Of a DNA stretch of 64,000 bases, positions 1 to 10,266 are shown piece by piece. The notes under the pieces are model-generated. The model was given only the letters and a program-made list of their open reading frames with translations. It ran no database searches and was not told the DNA's origin. The position numbers were made by a program, and so were the translations under genes. Each line of letters opens with the position of its first letter. Positions within the stretch are counted from its first letter, which is position 1. Source of the stretch: Candidatus Poriferihabitaceae bacterium (GTDB lineage Bacteria; Pseudomonadota; Gammaproteobacteria; Arenicellales; Poriferihabitantaceae). The DNA lies in the NCBI GenBank assembly GCA_965261915.1, contig CBDHDW010000013.1, positions 2,804,561-2,868,560 on the forward strand. The letters run 5' to 3'.

Positions 1-741
1 TTGGCGATGCGCGAAATTCGTCAGCAATACGTTGGGTCAGTGCTCGGTATTTTTTGGCAGTTGATTACCCCCGTCGTTTTGATAGCCGTCTTCTGGGTAG
101 TGTTCAGCGTCGGCTTTCGCGTACAGCCCGCAAGCGGTGTGCCGTTTGCAGTCTGGCTAACCGCGGGAATGGCGGCCTGGTTTGTGTTTTCGGAAATGGT
201 TTCCGGTTGTGTGCACAGCGTTACCGGAAGCCCGCATCTGGTGAAAAAGGTGGTGTTCCCCGTGCATGCATTGCCAATCGTAAAAATTCTGACCGCAATG
301 TCGAATCATGTTTTCTTCCTGCTCATTCTGTTTGTATTGATTTTACTTAACGGTTTGTCGATTAACTGGTTTTACCTGCAGGCTATTTATTACTTTTTCT
401 GCCTCATTGTTTTGGCGCTTGGTATCGGCTGGATCGTTGCGGCGCTCAATGTTTTCACGCGCGATACCGCGAGACTGGTTGGCGTGCTTTTACAGGTCGG
501 AATGTGGGCAACGCCCATTTTATGGGACATTAAAATCCTGCCCGAGCCGTACCGCAGTTTGTTTGCAGCAAACCCGGTCCACTATATTGTTCAGGGCTAT
601 CGGGACTCTTTTCTCTATTCCATTCCGATTACCGATCGATTGGGCGAAACCCTGTTATTCTGGGCCATGGCGTTCATTTTTCTGGGTGTCGGCGTTTTTT
701 GCTTTAAGCGTCTGCAACCGCAGTTTGCGGATCTGGTTTAG
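1..741 (+). CDS. ABC-2 type polysaccharide/O-antigen export permease (Wzm/TagG/KpsM-like); 5' end outside window
   Basis: ORF open to window edge; multi-span hydrophobic 246 aa; 20 nt upstream of a Wzt/TagH-like ATPase gene (classic permease-ATPase pair). Confidence 0.8.
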   Translation: MAMREIRQQYVGSVLGIFWQLITPVVLIAVFWVVFSVGFRVQPASGVPFAVWLTAGMAAWFVFSEMVSGCVHSVTGSPHLVKKVVFPVHALPIVKILTAMSNHVFFLLILFVLILLNGLSINWFYLQAIYYFFCLIVLALGIGWIVAALNVFTRDTARLVGVLLQVGMWATPILWDIKILPEPYRSLFAANPVHYIVQGYRDSFLYSIPITDRLGETLLFWAMAFIFLGVGVFCFKRLQPQFADLV

Positions 742-761
742 ACGCGGGAAGACGAAGCGAA

Positions 762-2018
762 ATGAACCGTCCGAATAAAGCCGCAGTAAAGGTTAACAAC
801 CTGACCAAGGCGTATAAATTATACTCGTCACCGAAAGACCGTCTAAAAGAGTCATTCAGTTTTTCCGGGAAACAGTATCACCAGCGGTTTAACGCGCTCG
901 ACCAAATCAATCTCGATATTCCCAAAGGCAGCACAACAGCAATCATTGGCCGCAACGGCAGCGGTAAATCAACGCTGCTGCAGTGCATTTGCGGAATCGT
1001 AACCCCGACTCTGGGGAGCGTCGAAGTGAGCGGAAAAATTGCGGCACTACTTGAACTTGGTGCGGGCTTCAATCCCGAGTTTACTGGCCGCGACAATCTA
1101 TACATCAACGGGTCGATACTGGGGCTAAACGACGACGAAATCGACGCTCGCCTGGATGCCATTCTGGCCTTCGCGGATATCGGCGACTACATCGACCAGC
1201 CTGTTCGCGTGTATTCCAGCGGGATGTTTGTTCGCCTCGCTTTTTCCATTGCGATTCACGTCGACCCCGACATATTGATTGTCGATGAAGCGTTAGCGGT
1301 CGGCGATATTCATTTCCAGGCGAAATGCTTTGATCGCTTTCATCAGTTCAGGGAGCAAGGGACCACGGTAATATTCGTTACCCATGATCTCAATATGGTA
1401 ACGCGATATTGCGATCATGCATACCTGTTGAACAAAGGCAGTATTGTAGGTCAGGGAAAGCCAAGAGAAGTGGTTGCACATTACCGGAAGCTGGAGGTTG
1501 GATTTGGTGATAACCAAAATGCGTCCGATGAAACCAGCAAAGAAAGCCTTAACCCATTTGACGAAAACCCCTACGAAGTTCGATACGGCGACAATCGGGC
1601 AACGATAACTGAAGGCGGGATCTATGATGCTGAAGGTAATCCGGTACAAACACTCGACAGCGGCGGAGAATACGCAATACGGATGAAAGTCGTGTTCGAA
1701 GACGAAATAGAAAACCCGGTTTTCGCTTTTACAATCAAAGATGCCAAAGGAACAGAAATCGCCGGAACGAATACGGCATTCCTCGAAACTGAAACCGGCA
1801 ATTACAAAAAAGGGGATGAAGCGACCATTGAGTTCAACCAAAAAATTCCACTCAACGCCGGCAGTTTTTTGCTCTCCCTGGGCTGCGTCGATTTATCCGG
1901 CGGCGAACTCAAAATTTACGACCGCCGACACGACTTTCTGTCTTTTCAGGTGGTCACGGAAAAGGCAGCAGTTGGTATCGTTGAAATGAATAGTAAAATG
2001 AAACTCAGTAGGACGTAA
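762..2018 (+). CDS. polysaccharide/O-antigen ABC exporter ATP-binding protein (Wzt/TagH-like) with C-terminal extension
   Basis: Walker A GRNGSGKST, signature YSSGM, Walker B ILIVDEA, H-loop VTHD; about 170 aa beyond the NBD as in Wzt-type proteins. Confidence 0.9.
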   Translation: MNRPNKAAVKVNNLTKAYKLYSSPKDRLKESFSFSGKQYHQRFNALDQINLDIPKGSTTAIIGRNGSGKSTLLQCICGIVTPTLGSVEVSGKIAALLELGAGFNPEFTGRDNLYINGSILGLNDDEIDARLDAILAFADIGDYIDQPVRVYSSGMFVRLAFSIAIHVDPDILIVDEALAVGDIHFQAKCFDRFHQFREQGTTVIFVTHDLNMVTRYCDHAYLLNKGSIVGQGKPREVVAHYRKLEVGFGDNQNASDETSKESLNPFDENPYEVRYGDNRATITEGGIYDAEGNPVQTLDSGGEYAIRMKVVFEDEIENPVFAFTIKDAKGTEIAGTNTAFLETETGNYKKGDEATIEFNQKIPLNAGSFLLSLGCVDLSGGELKIYDRRHDFLSFQVVTEKAAVGIVEMNSKMKLSRT

Positions 2019-2034
2019 ATTCCAGAAAGATTAC

Positions 2035-2340
2035 GTGCGGGCAAATAAAAAAACGTTTTCTGCAGCAGCGACTATTCTGGTTTTACCAATCTACTTACCC
2101 ATTTTTTCTGAAAGTGCATACGGGGTAACCACAGATTTGTCCGCTAAGAATGGAGGCAATGTTTCTAAAACCAAATTAAAAAAGAAGTTGGGCTTGGGAC
2201 GAAAGATCGTTATATCGAATGAGACATACAGTGGTACGCTGAAACAGCGTCTCGAAAATCACCTCAGCAATGCGATGGCTTTTAAACAGTCTCTCGCCTG
2301 GTTTCTCCAGCAGATGTCACAAAGCCAAGCACCATTTTAG
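2035..2340 (+). CDS. hypothetical protein (weak call)
   Basis: 101-aa ORF, non-ATG start, hydrophobic N-terminus, no recognisable motif. Confidence 0.2.
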   Translation: MRANKKTFSAAATILVLPIYLPIFSESAYGVTTDLSAKNGGNVSKTKLKKKLGLGRKIVISNETYSGTLKQRLENHLSNAMAFKQSLAWFLQQMSQSQAPF

Positions 2341-2424
2341 GAACCGACGAAAACGCGGAAATATTTATTTCGATAATTGTTTTCTGTTTGGTTACATCCA
2401 TAACACCAGGCCCGAATAACATTA

Positions 2425-3367
2425 CCTAATTACCACTATAGATAAGTGGCTCTACCCCGTATATAATCACAGTCTATCTATTTAATTCATAAGGGGTATG
2501 TCATGGCGCGTAATAAGGTGCAATTCCAGAAAGGGGTTAGTTTGAACGATTTTATCAAACAGTACGGTAGCGAAGACCAATGCTTCGATGCGCTTTATGC
2601 CTGGCGGTGGCCCAAAGGGTTCCAGTGTCCGGCCTGTGGTCACGACAAGTGCTGCCAGTTAACCAATCGCAAACTTCAGCAGTGCAATCGCTGCAATCGC
2701 CAGACGTCACTGACGGCTGGAACCCTCTTTGAATCCACCAAACTACCGCTCACGCTATGGTTCCAGGGTATCTATCTGATTACACAGGACAAGAAAGGCA
2801 TCTCGGCCATGAAACTGCATCGTCACCTGGGTATTTCTTACAATGCCGCCTGGCGGATGAAGCACAAGCTTATGCAGGTGATGATGGAGCGGGATCACAA
2901 TAACAAACTATCCGGGTTGATTGAATTGGATGATGCCTATCTCGGCGGCGAGCGTAAAAGGTTTCCGCACAGAAGCGATTAAGTCATGGAGTCAGCAACA
3001 TCTGACCGAGGGCAGTACTGTTATCTCCGATGGTTTGGCGTGCTTTAATGCCGTTGTCGAGGCCTGTTGCTTGCATGACAAGATTGTGTGCGGCGGCGGG
3101 AGAGCGTCTGTCGAAAAACCCGAGTTCTTGAGTTCTGTAATCAGGTGGATCAATACGATTCTGGGTAACTTAAAGAGCGCCTTACGCAGTACCTGGCATG
3201 CTATTCGACCTAAATATGCTCAGCGATACTTGTCAGAATTTCAGTATCGTTTCAATCGTCGTTTTGATTTGAGCGACCTCATTCCCAGGCTGGCTTGCGC
3301 GGCACTCAGAACGCCACCGATGCCGGAAAACTTGCTGAAGATAGGCTTATGTTAGATGGTAATTAGG
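2425..3367 (+). mobile_element. IS1595-family insertion sequence, decayed
   Basis: 10-bp perfect terminal inverted repeats CCTAATTACC (2425-2434) / GGTAATTAGG (3358-3367) enclosing an IS1595-type transposase reading frame; no flanking direct duplication seen. Confidence 0.75.
2503..3355 (+). pseudogene. IS1595-family transposase, internal deletion plus frame change
   Basis: N-terminal zinc-ribbon FQCPACGH...CNRCNRQ and LDDAYLGGER (first DDE Asp region) in frame 1. VISDGLACFNAV...YLSEFQYRFNRR follows in frame 2. The roughly 40 aa normally lying between GGER and VKGF are missing. Confidence 0.8.
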
Positions 3368-3520
3368 AAAAATTTTAACACTGACTATCTAAAATAAAAA
3401 AAAGGATCGACTTGCTTGATTCTTTCTAGGCGTTATTCTATTACTTTCCTTTTGATAATCACGTGAAACAATGAAAATAAGCGGCATCGATATCGAGTCC
3501 TCATGAGTACCGAGTTAGCC

Positions 3521-4918
3521 TCATGACACAAGCCTAAATAGCGCCATTCTATCAAGGTCTTGCCGTTGCGTGATGAATTTCGCGAAGTTTGTACGAGAAT
3601 CCGTATCCAGGAGAAAATGCGGGAGGCTGCTGCGTAGCGCAGTGGCAACCACCAACTCGGACGGAGCTAGACCGGGCCGGATCGTTCGAAGCCAGGAGCC
3701 AAAAGAGTTCCAGACTAGCCGAGTGTGGCAAGATGCCAGGTAATGAAGTAGCCCTTGAGCAACAATCCCCGCGTGTACAAAGACGTGATAAGCCTTCAGT
3801 TTTCGCTTGACGCCATCGCGATATTTTTTTGATTCCCGGTGAAGGTGCTGATTACCATTGCGTCGCTCCAATGGCTTCATTACGCTCATCCAGAAATGGT
3901 ATGAAAAAGAACCGATAACATGAACCGCCTGCTTGAAGGCATGCTCTATTTTAAATCGCAGACCGTAGAGGTGAATGATATCGAGGGCCGATAATGACGT
4001 ATCAGTAGACATGAGTATACAGCGTCCCCTCGTTGGGTGAACGACAATGACAAACCGAACAATACTGCCGGTCGGTCTCCATAATAAATCATGGACTGCG
4101 TATCGGATAGCTACGTTTTTTTCGCCATAGACAGGGCTTTGAGCCTCCTCCATCAATGCGACCAACCCAAACAGTGATCTTGGTTTTACCTTGTCACCAT
4201 ACTTACGTGGCCGCCCTCTTTTTTTCGGCTGTTGCTGATGATGCAGCTGGTAGGCAACCGCATTTGATCTGGCGCGGGTGACCAAATGATTCCCCTCATT
4301 CAAAAGCCCATTAACGACTTTCTGGCTGGCATAATAGGCGTCGGCGACAAAATAATACGGCTCCTGAATACTGACTATCGCCAGTAGACTGATCATTTTG
4401 TCGAGCAGGGTACGCCGGTCACGATTCGATAACACGGTCCCCTCATGAATCCTCGCGGCAAGCGGCACAGCGAACACGCTATTGGCGGCACGAGAAAGAA
4501 TAGAGACGGCCTGAAAGGAGTGTCCCATGATGTACTCCGCTTTGGTATTTGACTCGGATTCCTGATGTAGCAGCTTCACAGCAGGCATCTTTTTGCCCTG
4601 TTTGGAGACCTTAATGCCGTCCCCCACCAACACGAGTCGGCCATTCACTCGAACCAGACCAGGGAACAGTCGAAGTACAAGTTGAGACCACAATACCGTC
4701 ATTGAGTCCAACTTAATGCCGGTGCTGTGGAAGTTATCCAGCAAGTTGTCATAAAACCGCCCCTGTAACCCCAGCGCCCGGACAATACTCGTCACCCCCA
4801 TTCGTTCGGTACGAACCGTCAATCCCGCCACACAGACGGCGAACCACATAAATGTCCGGGTACGAGCGCAAGCCGGGCGAAGATAAATGATTGCATCCCA
4901 CCAATAGATCCACAGCAT
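3521..4918 (-). CDS. DDE transposase (IS4/IS701-superfamily-like)
   Basis: 465 aa; VADAYYAS (DDE Asp region), FKIEHAFKQ (Glu...Lys region), basic GRPRKYG; second copy elsewhere in window split by another IS. Confidence 0.85.
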   Translation of the reverse strand: MLWIYWWDAIIYLRPACARTRTFMWFAVCVAGLTVRTERMGVTSIVRALGLQGRFYDNLLDNFHSTGIKLDSMTVLWSQLVLRLFPGLVRVNGRLVLVGDGIKVSKQGKKMPAVKLLHQESESNTKAEYIMGHSFQAVSILSRAANSVFAVPLAARIHEGTVLSNRDRRTLLDKMISLLAIVSIQEPYYFVADAYYASQKVVNGLLNEGNHLVTRARSNAVAYQLHHQQQPKKRGRPRKYGDKVKPRSLFGLVALMEEAQSPVYGEKNVAIRYAVHDLLWRPTGSIVRFVIVVHPTRGRCILMSTDTSLSALDIIHLYGLRFKIEHAFKQAVHVIGSFSYHFWMSVMKPLERRNGNQHLHRESKKYRDGVKRKLKAYHVFVHAGIVAQGLLHYLASCHTRLVWNSFGSWLRTIRPGLAPSELVVATALRSSLPHFLLDTDSRTNFAKFITQRQDLDRMALFRLVS

Positions 4919-4966
4919 AGACAGTGTCCTTTTGACAAACTAACATACCATGTATATGCTATATCA

Positions 4967-5278
4967 ATGACAAAGAAAAGGCTCGCACAAATTGAACGGC
5001 GTATGACAAAGATCAAAGGTGACATAGCATTACTGGGCGCTATGCGCCCTGGATCGTTGACGAAGCAATACAAGGACCGGGAGAGTCAGACTGGGCCTTA
5101 TTATCAGGTCAGCTATACACTGGATATGAAGAGCCGGACGGAGTATATTCGCAAGGAATTTGTGGGCGATATACGCGGCCAGATAAGTAACTATAAACGG
5201 TTCAAGAAGCTCAATGCACAATGGGTGGCGCTGAGTATTGAGCACTCAAAGTTATCAATGAAACTCAAGCAAGCGTAG
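4967..5278 (+). CDS. IS-borne hypothetical protein (103 aa, basic)
   Basis: Divergent from the transposase, inside the IS boundaries, conserved in both IS copies with one substitution (G/W). Confidence 0.55.
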   Translation: MTKKRLAQIERRMTKIKGDIALLGAMRPGSLTKQYKDRESQTGPYYQVSYTLDMKSRTEYIRKEFVGDIRGQISNYKRFKKLNAQWVALSIEHSKLSMKLKQA

Positions 5279-5306
5279 TGATTACAACGGGAAGCAAGCA
5301 AAAATC

Positions 5307-5570
5307 GTGGCCAAACTGGGCAGTAAAAAGAACCCATTGATTTTAAGAGTTGCCGATGACTCAAAAGTCGATATGATCGCCAATACCTGTCATGAAAACG
5401 GCTGGCATTTTATTTTGGGGTTTGAACCGGACAAGGAAGAGGATCTAACGGACCTGGAAAGAAAGCTATCGCCTCCCATCCATCATGAAGCCGCAAAGAT
5501 CGGGCGAAATGAACGGTGTGTCTGCGGAAGCGGGAAGAAATACAAGAAATGTTGCGGAGCTGCCGCTTGA
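5307..5570 (+). CDS. IS-borne SEC-C motif protein (87 aa)
   Basis: C-terminal CVCGSGKKYKKCCG = SecA-C-terminus-type zinc-binding motif; identical in both IS copies; GTG start. Confidence 0.7.
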   Translation: MAKLGSKKNPLILRVADDSKVDMIANTCHENGWHFILGFEPDKEEDLTDLERKLSPPIHHEAAKIGRNERCVCGSGKKYKKCCGAAA

Positions 5571-5750
5571 CTGGTTTCGCTAAACAGCAAATAAAACAGA
5601 GCGCAGAACTCGGTACTCTCATGTCATCTAATATAAATAGGAAAAACAGATAAATAAGATTGAATATATCGACTTTTCATATATTAACAAAACGTATTAC
5701 CCTACGCTTGCAAATTCCGGGTCACTCTATCCAATTGACGAGATACGATT

Positions 5751-6875
5751 ATGAACGAATCCGAAATCACTAACCCTTATTTATTGTTGACCCCAGGGCC
5801 ATTGTCCACTAGCGGTTCGGTCAGAAAATCCATGCTCCGAGATTGGTGTACCTGGGATAATGATTACAACGAAATCGTTCAATCCATTCGAGAGAAACTG
5901 GTTGAAATGTGTGGTGTCACCACCAAACATAGCTGTGTTCTCATGCAAGGCAGTGGTACGTTTAGTGTTGAATCTGTGATTGGCTCGGTGATCCCGGCAC
6001 AGGGTAAGCTGTTGGTCCTGGCCAATGGCGCATATGGAAAGCGAATGGCTGAGATTGCGACTTACCTGAATATACCGGTTATGGTGTCTGACAGCGGTGA
6101 GACAAACCCGCCTGATCTGAAACAGTTATCAGATACGCTGGAAGGCAATCCGGATATTTCTCATGTGGCAGTGGTTCATTGTGAGACAACCACCGGGATG
6201 TTAAATCCTGTAAAGGAAATTGGCGACATAGCAAAAGGCCATGGTAAGCAATATATTGTCGACGCGATGAGTAGTTTTGGCGGGATTCCCATTGCGCTTG
6301 ATGATATCAAAGCGGATTTTCTCGTCAGTAGTGCAAACAAGTGTATTCAAGGTGTCCCCGGATTCGGATTTATCATCGCGACACGGGACGCTTTGCAAGC
6401 GTCTGCAGGGTGTGCGCGTTCATTGAGCCTGGATCTGTACAGCCAATGGAAAACCATGCAAGAGGGCAAAGGCAAGTGGCGCTTTACGTCGCCAACCCAC
6501 ACGGTTAGAGCATTCGCCCAGGCTTTATCGGAACTCGACGCTGAGGGAGGCGTAATGGCAAGAAATGCACGATATATCAAAAATCAGAAGAGTTTGGTGG
6601 AAGGAATGCAAGCTTTGGGCTTTCAAACCCTGCTCGATGAAAAATATCAGTCGCCGATCATCACAAGCTTCCTCAGCCCGGATTGTCAGGACTACAAATT
6701 TGAAGCGTTTTACGAAAGCCTGAAGAAAAAGGGTTTTGTTATTTATCCTGGGAAAGTCACCGGCGCAGATACATTTCGAATAGGCAATATTGGCGATGTG
6801 CATCCTGAAGACATCGATAAGTTAATTAAAGCGGTGGGTGGATCAATATTCTGGAAAGCAGATCATGCAGCATAG
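5751..6875 (+). CDS. phnW: 2-aminoethylphosphonate:pyruvate aminotransferase
   Basis: 374 aa class V aminotransferase fold; N-terminal [13 protein letters not shown] and [15 protein letters not shown] (PLP-Lys) as remembered for PhnW; sits next to phnA remnant and phnY. Confidence 0.88.
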   Translation: MNESEITNPYLLLTPGPLSTSGSVRKSMLRDWCTWDNDYNEIVQSIREKLVEMCGVTTKHSCVLMQGSGTFSVESVIGSVIPAQGKLLVLANGAYGKRMAEIATYLNIPVMVSDSGETNPPDLKQLSDTLEGNPDISHVAVVHCETTTGMLNPVKEIGDIAKGHGKQYIVDAMSSFGGIPIALDDIKADFLVSSANKCIQGVPGFGFIIATRDALQASAGCARSLSLDLYSQWKTMQEGKGKWRFTSPTHTVRAFAQALSELDAEGGVMARNARYIKNQKSLVEGMQALGFQTLLDEKYQSPIITSFLSPDCQDYKFEAFYESLKKKGFVIYPGKVTGADTFRIGNIGDVHPEDIDKLIKAVGGSIFWKADHAA

Positions 6876-6885
6876 CGAAGCCAAA

Positions 6886-7087
6886 TAACCTTTCCATTGT
6901 GACCGGCGTTCCACCCGAGGTTCACGGCATTTGCGGGGACTTTTACTATGACCGAATAAACAATTGTGAAGACATGATGAATGCGCCGGATTTATTAAGA
7001 GCGCCGACTATTTTCAGTGCATTTCAAGACGCTGGAGCCAAAATTGCAGTCATAACAGCGAAAGATAAAGAAGAGACAAGACAATGA
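6886..7087 (+). pseudogene. phnA: phosphonoacetate hydrolase remnant (internal fragment only)
   Basis: NLSIVTGVPPEVHGICGDFYYD...LLRAPTIF...IAVITAKDK matches an internal stretch of the roughly 400-aa alkaline-phosphatase-family PhnA as I remember it; a stop lies just upstream, and the frame ends at the phnY start. Confidence 0.6.
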
Positions 7088-8535
7088 ACAAACCGACAGA
7101 AATCAAAAAACCCTCAAACGATCAATTAATGCGTATCGCAGGCGAAGCTGTTGATGGTCATTCCGCTGGTCGTGTGGAAGTTTTTAACCCTTATGACAAT
7201 TCATTGGTTGGTACGGTGCCAAGAGCAAGCCGTGACCAGGTGGCAAAAGCGTTTGAGGTGGCTGCGGCATACAAGCCCAAATTAACCCGCTATGAACGAC
7301 AGCAAATTCTGACCAGAATTGGCCACGCACTGGTTCAGCGAAAGGAGGAGATTTCCGACCTGATTACCGCTGAATGCGGTATTTCGAAAAAGGATTCAAT
7401 TTATGAAGTCGGTCGTGCTTTCGATGTGTATAGCCTTGCCGGTCAATTGTGTATTCTTGATGATGGTGAAGTGTTTTCATGTGACTTAACACCGCACGGT
7501 AAACAAAGGAAAATTTTCACGCAGCGAGAGCCGTTAAACGCAATTTCGGCAATTACCCCATTCAACCACCCGTTGAATATGATTTCCCACAAAATTGCCC
7601 CGGCGATTGCCACTAACAATTGTATGGTAGCAAAGCCAACTGAATTGACGCCGCTAACGGCGATCTTATTGGCAGATATCATTTATGACTGTGGGCTGCC
7701 GCCCGAAATGCTATCCATCGTCACGGGATATCCAGAAGATATCGGCGATGAGATGATTACAAACCCAAACATCGACCTCATTACGTTCACTGGTGGCGTA
7801 GCGGTCGGAAAATACATAGCCAATACCGCCGGATATCGAAGGACTGTGCTTGAACTTGGTGGCAATGCGCCGCTCATCGTAATGGAGGATGCTGATTTAG
7901 ACAAAGCGGCTGAGTTGGCAGTCGCTGGAGGCACAAAAAATTCGGGTCAAAGGTGCACTGCTGTAAAGCGGGTTCTTTGCGTAGACAGTGTTGCAGATGA
8001 GTTTTCTGGACGCGTGGCTGAAAAGACGGCAAAGCTCAAATATGGAAATCCAATGGATCCTGAAACAGATGTAGGAACGGTCATTCATGAAGCAGCAGCG
8101 AAGTTGTTTGAAGCCAGAGTCAGCGATGCCATAGAGAAGGGGGCGAAGCTGTTGTATGGTCATCACAGGGAAGGGGCAGTGTATTCACCGACCGTGCTGG
8201 ATCATGTGCCTGCAGATTGTGAGTTGGTTGTCGAAGAAACTTTTGGCCCGCCAATACCGATTATTCGGGTTAAGGATATTGATCATGCAATACAGGTATC
8301 AAATTCAACCGCATTTGGTTTGTCGTCAGGTGTTTGTACGAATCGCATGGACTACATTACCCGATTTATCAAAGAGCTGGAAACGGGCACGGTTAATATT
8401 TGGGAAGTGCCGGGATATAGAATCGAAATGTCGCCGTTTGGTGGGATAAAGGATTCTGGATTGGGTTACAAAGAAGGCGTAATAGAAGCCATGAAAAGTT
8501 ATACAAACGTTAAGACATTTTCATTGCCGTGGTAG
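7084..8535 (+). CDS. phnY: phosphonoacetaldehyde dehydrogenase (aldehyde dehydrogenase family)
   Basis: 483 aa ALDH fold: ELGGNAP, catalytic Cys in GQRCTAV, EETFGP; genomic context phnW-phnA-phnY. Confidence 0.8.
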   Translation: MNKPTEIKKPSNDQLMRIAGEAVDGHSAGRVEVFNPYDNSLVGTVPRASRDQVAKAFEVAAAYKPKLTRYERQQILTRIGHALVQRKEEISDLITAECGISKKDSIYEVGRAFDVYSLAGQLCILDDGEVFSCDLTPHGKQRKIFTQREPLNAISAITPFNHPLNMISHKIAPAIATNNCMVAKPTELTPLTAILLADIIYDCGLPPEMLSIVTGYPEDIGDEMITNPNIDLITFTGGVAVGKYIANTAGYRRTVLELGGNAPLIVMEDADLDKAAELAVAGGTKNSGQRCTAVKRVLCVDSVADEFSGRVAEKTAKLKYGNPMDPETDVGTVIHEAAAKLFEARVSDAIEKGAKLLYGHHREGAVYSPTVLDHVPADCELVVEETFGPPIPIIRVKDIDHAIQVSNSTAFGLSSGVCTNRMDYITRFIKELETGTVNIWEVPGYRIEMSPFGGIKDSGLGYKEGVIEAMKSYTNVKTFSLPW

Positions 8536-8543
8536 AAACAAAG

Positions 8544-8570
8544 CAGCGGCAATACGCTGCCGCTGTTTAT
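8544..8570 (+). terminator. rho-independent terminator candidate after phnY
   Basis: 8-bp stem CAGCGGCA / TGCCGCTG with 6-nt loop followed by TTTAT. Confidence 0.5.
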
Positions 8571-8670
8571 ATTGCGAGCGGGTTCTGGTTCTACAGAGGA
8601 TCGGATATGAGGCGCTTGCCGAGAACAAACCTCTATTCGTAATTGCAGTCCAGGAGGTTCTCAATTAACA

Positions 8671-9576
8671 TTGGAAAATTCACTCCACTTAATAGCTGTA
8701 TTGCCTGTTTTAGCATCACAATTAAGATCATTTCACGCGGTTGCGACCCACGGTAGTTTTACGCGGGCGGCGAAAGTGCTGCACATATCCCAACCCACGA
8801 TCTCTGAGCAGGTTAAAGAGTTAGAGGAGAGGTACGGTACGGTATTGTTTATACGGCGCTATAGAAAGCTGGAGCTGACGGAAATTGGTAAAAAAATATT
8901 TGAGAAAACCCAGCGACTCAATAATGCACAACATGAAATAGAGCAAATATTAAAATCTGCACAAGGGCTATCTTCTGGTGAGTTGCGTATCGCAGCTGAT
9001 TCTCCCTATATCGTTAGCCCCATCATGGCAGATTTTCAATTGTTGTATCCCAATATACAGTTGTTAGTTAAATACGGAAATTCAAAACAGCTGACTAAAT
9101 GGCTGAAATCCAAAGAGTGCGAGGTTGCATTTTTGCCCAATGTTATTCCGAACGATAACAAGCTGTATTCAATACGACTCGAACCTCAGAAGCTGGTGAC
9201 CTTTGTTAATAAACACCATCACTGGGCTTCAAGACAATCTGTAAAATTAGAGGAAGTTGTCAAAGAGAGATTAATTCTGCGAGAAAAAGGCTCACGAACC
9301 AGATCAATATTCGAAGACGCGGCCGCTAAAGCGAATATAGAAATAAAAAACTATATGGAAATCGAAGGAAGAGAGGGAGTTCGAGAAGCGGTTGCGTCTG
9401 GTCTTGGAATTGGTATTGTCGCCGAACTGGAACTGATGATTGATTCGCGATTAAAGACTTTACCGGTGAGCAATGCACGGTTAATTCACGAAGACTATGT
9501 TGTTTGCCTGCAGTCATCAAAATCCACCAGCCTGGTCGAAGCGTTCTTTGAAATTGTAAAATCCAAGCGAAAATAG
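8671..9576 (+). CDS. LysR-family transcriptional regulator (probable phosphonate cluster regulator)
   Basis: HTH FTRAAKVLHISQPTISEQVKELEE near N-terminus; about 300 aa; TTG start in track, true start uncertain. Confidence 0.85.
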   Translation: MENSLHLIAVLPVLASQLRSFHAVATHGSFTRAAKVLHISQPTISEQVKELEERYGTVLFIRRYRKLELTEIGKKIFEKTQRLNNAQHEIEQILKSAQGLSSGELRIAADSPYIVSPIMADFQLLYPNIQLLVKYGNSKQLTKWLKSKECEVAFLPNVIPNDNKLYSIRLEPQKLVTFVNKHHHWASRQSVKLEEVVKERLILREKGSRTRSIFEDAAAKANIEIKNYMEIEGREGVREAVASGLGIGIVAELELMIDSRLKTLPVSNARLIHEDYVVCLQSSKSTSLVEAFFEIVKSKRK

Positions 9577-9669
9577 AGCAAGCAAACATTATTCTTTCAA
9601 GACCTGCCAGGTTCCCACTATGGCCGTTCCCACCGTCGTTCCCCCCTGTTTGAATATGTTGCCGATTGT

Positions 9670-10235
9670 TTGGCGCAGGGGCAACAGCCGCAACAGCAAC
9701 AGATTGATGAAGAGCAAAAAGTTTCCGCTGCAATCGGGTATATCGAAAATGCTTATGCTTATGCTTGGGCATTGGCATTCGATTATGCCGATAAATCTCA
9801 GTGCGCCCGATTTTGGTATGTATCAGAAATAAAATCCGCCCGCCGTGAAGCGGCTCAACGCTTGCAAACCATCGAACAACATATCGAACAGGGCAAACAG
9901 ATTCTGCAGAAAACGCCAGTTTGGGGTACAACATTGCTTTGGCGGAGTCATCCAAAAGCGTAAACATTGCCGAGCAGGTTTTTGAAAAATCCTGGCGGTC
10001 GGTGGTTATGGTCGTGAGCGAAGACAGACAGGGTAGCGGGGTGATTGTGCGCCCTAATGTGGTTGCCACCAACTGCCATGTGGTTGAGGATGGCGATATT
10101 ACCGTGTATAAAGCCAATAATCGTCGAGTCGATACGACAATAGTCTTTACGGCAGTCATCCGCCCGGTTACTCTGGCTTCTCGTGTGCTATATGAACATC
10201 ATTGCAACTTGCAGCCACATCATTCCGTTCGATAA
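9670..10235 (+). pseudogene. trypsin-like (S1/DegP-type) serine peptidase remnant, frameshifted and truncated
   Basis: GSGVIVRPNVVATNCHVV = His active-site region; reading frame broken between ORFs 9670-9963 and 9921-10235; Asp/Ser catalytic parts not found. Confidence 0.45.
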
Positions 10236-10266
10236 AATGGCGCTTTAAAACCACTCGGCGCACACA

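Larger units (their letters stand above)
3500..5623. mobile_element. 2.1-kb IS, copy 1 (intact), three ORFs: DDE transposase plus two accessory genes
   Basis: Near-identical inverted copy at 21492-25164. Imperfect terminal IRs CTCATGAGTACCGAG (3500-) and CATGAGAGTACCGAG (reverse complement of the end at 5623). No target duplication visible for this copy. Confidence 0.85.

Noticed and set aside
1293-1841. 182-aa minus-strand ORF
   Set aside because: It is antisense to the Wzt-like ATPase gene and has no recognisable features.
9326-10159. 277-aa minus-strand ORF
   Set aside because: It runs antisense to the LysR gene 3' end and to the protease remnant. Its composition is low-complexity (Ser/Thr/Leu-rich) with no motif. 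It is probably a chance frame.
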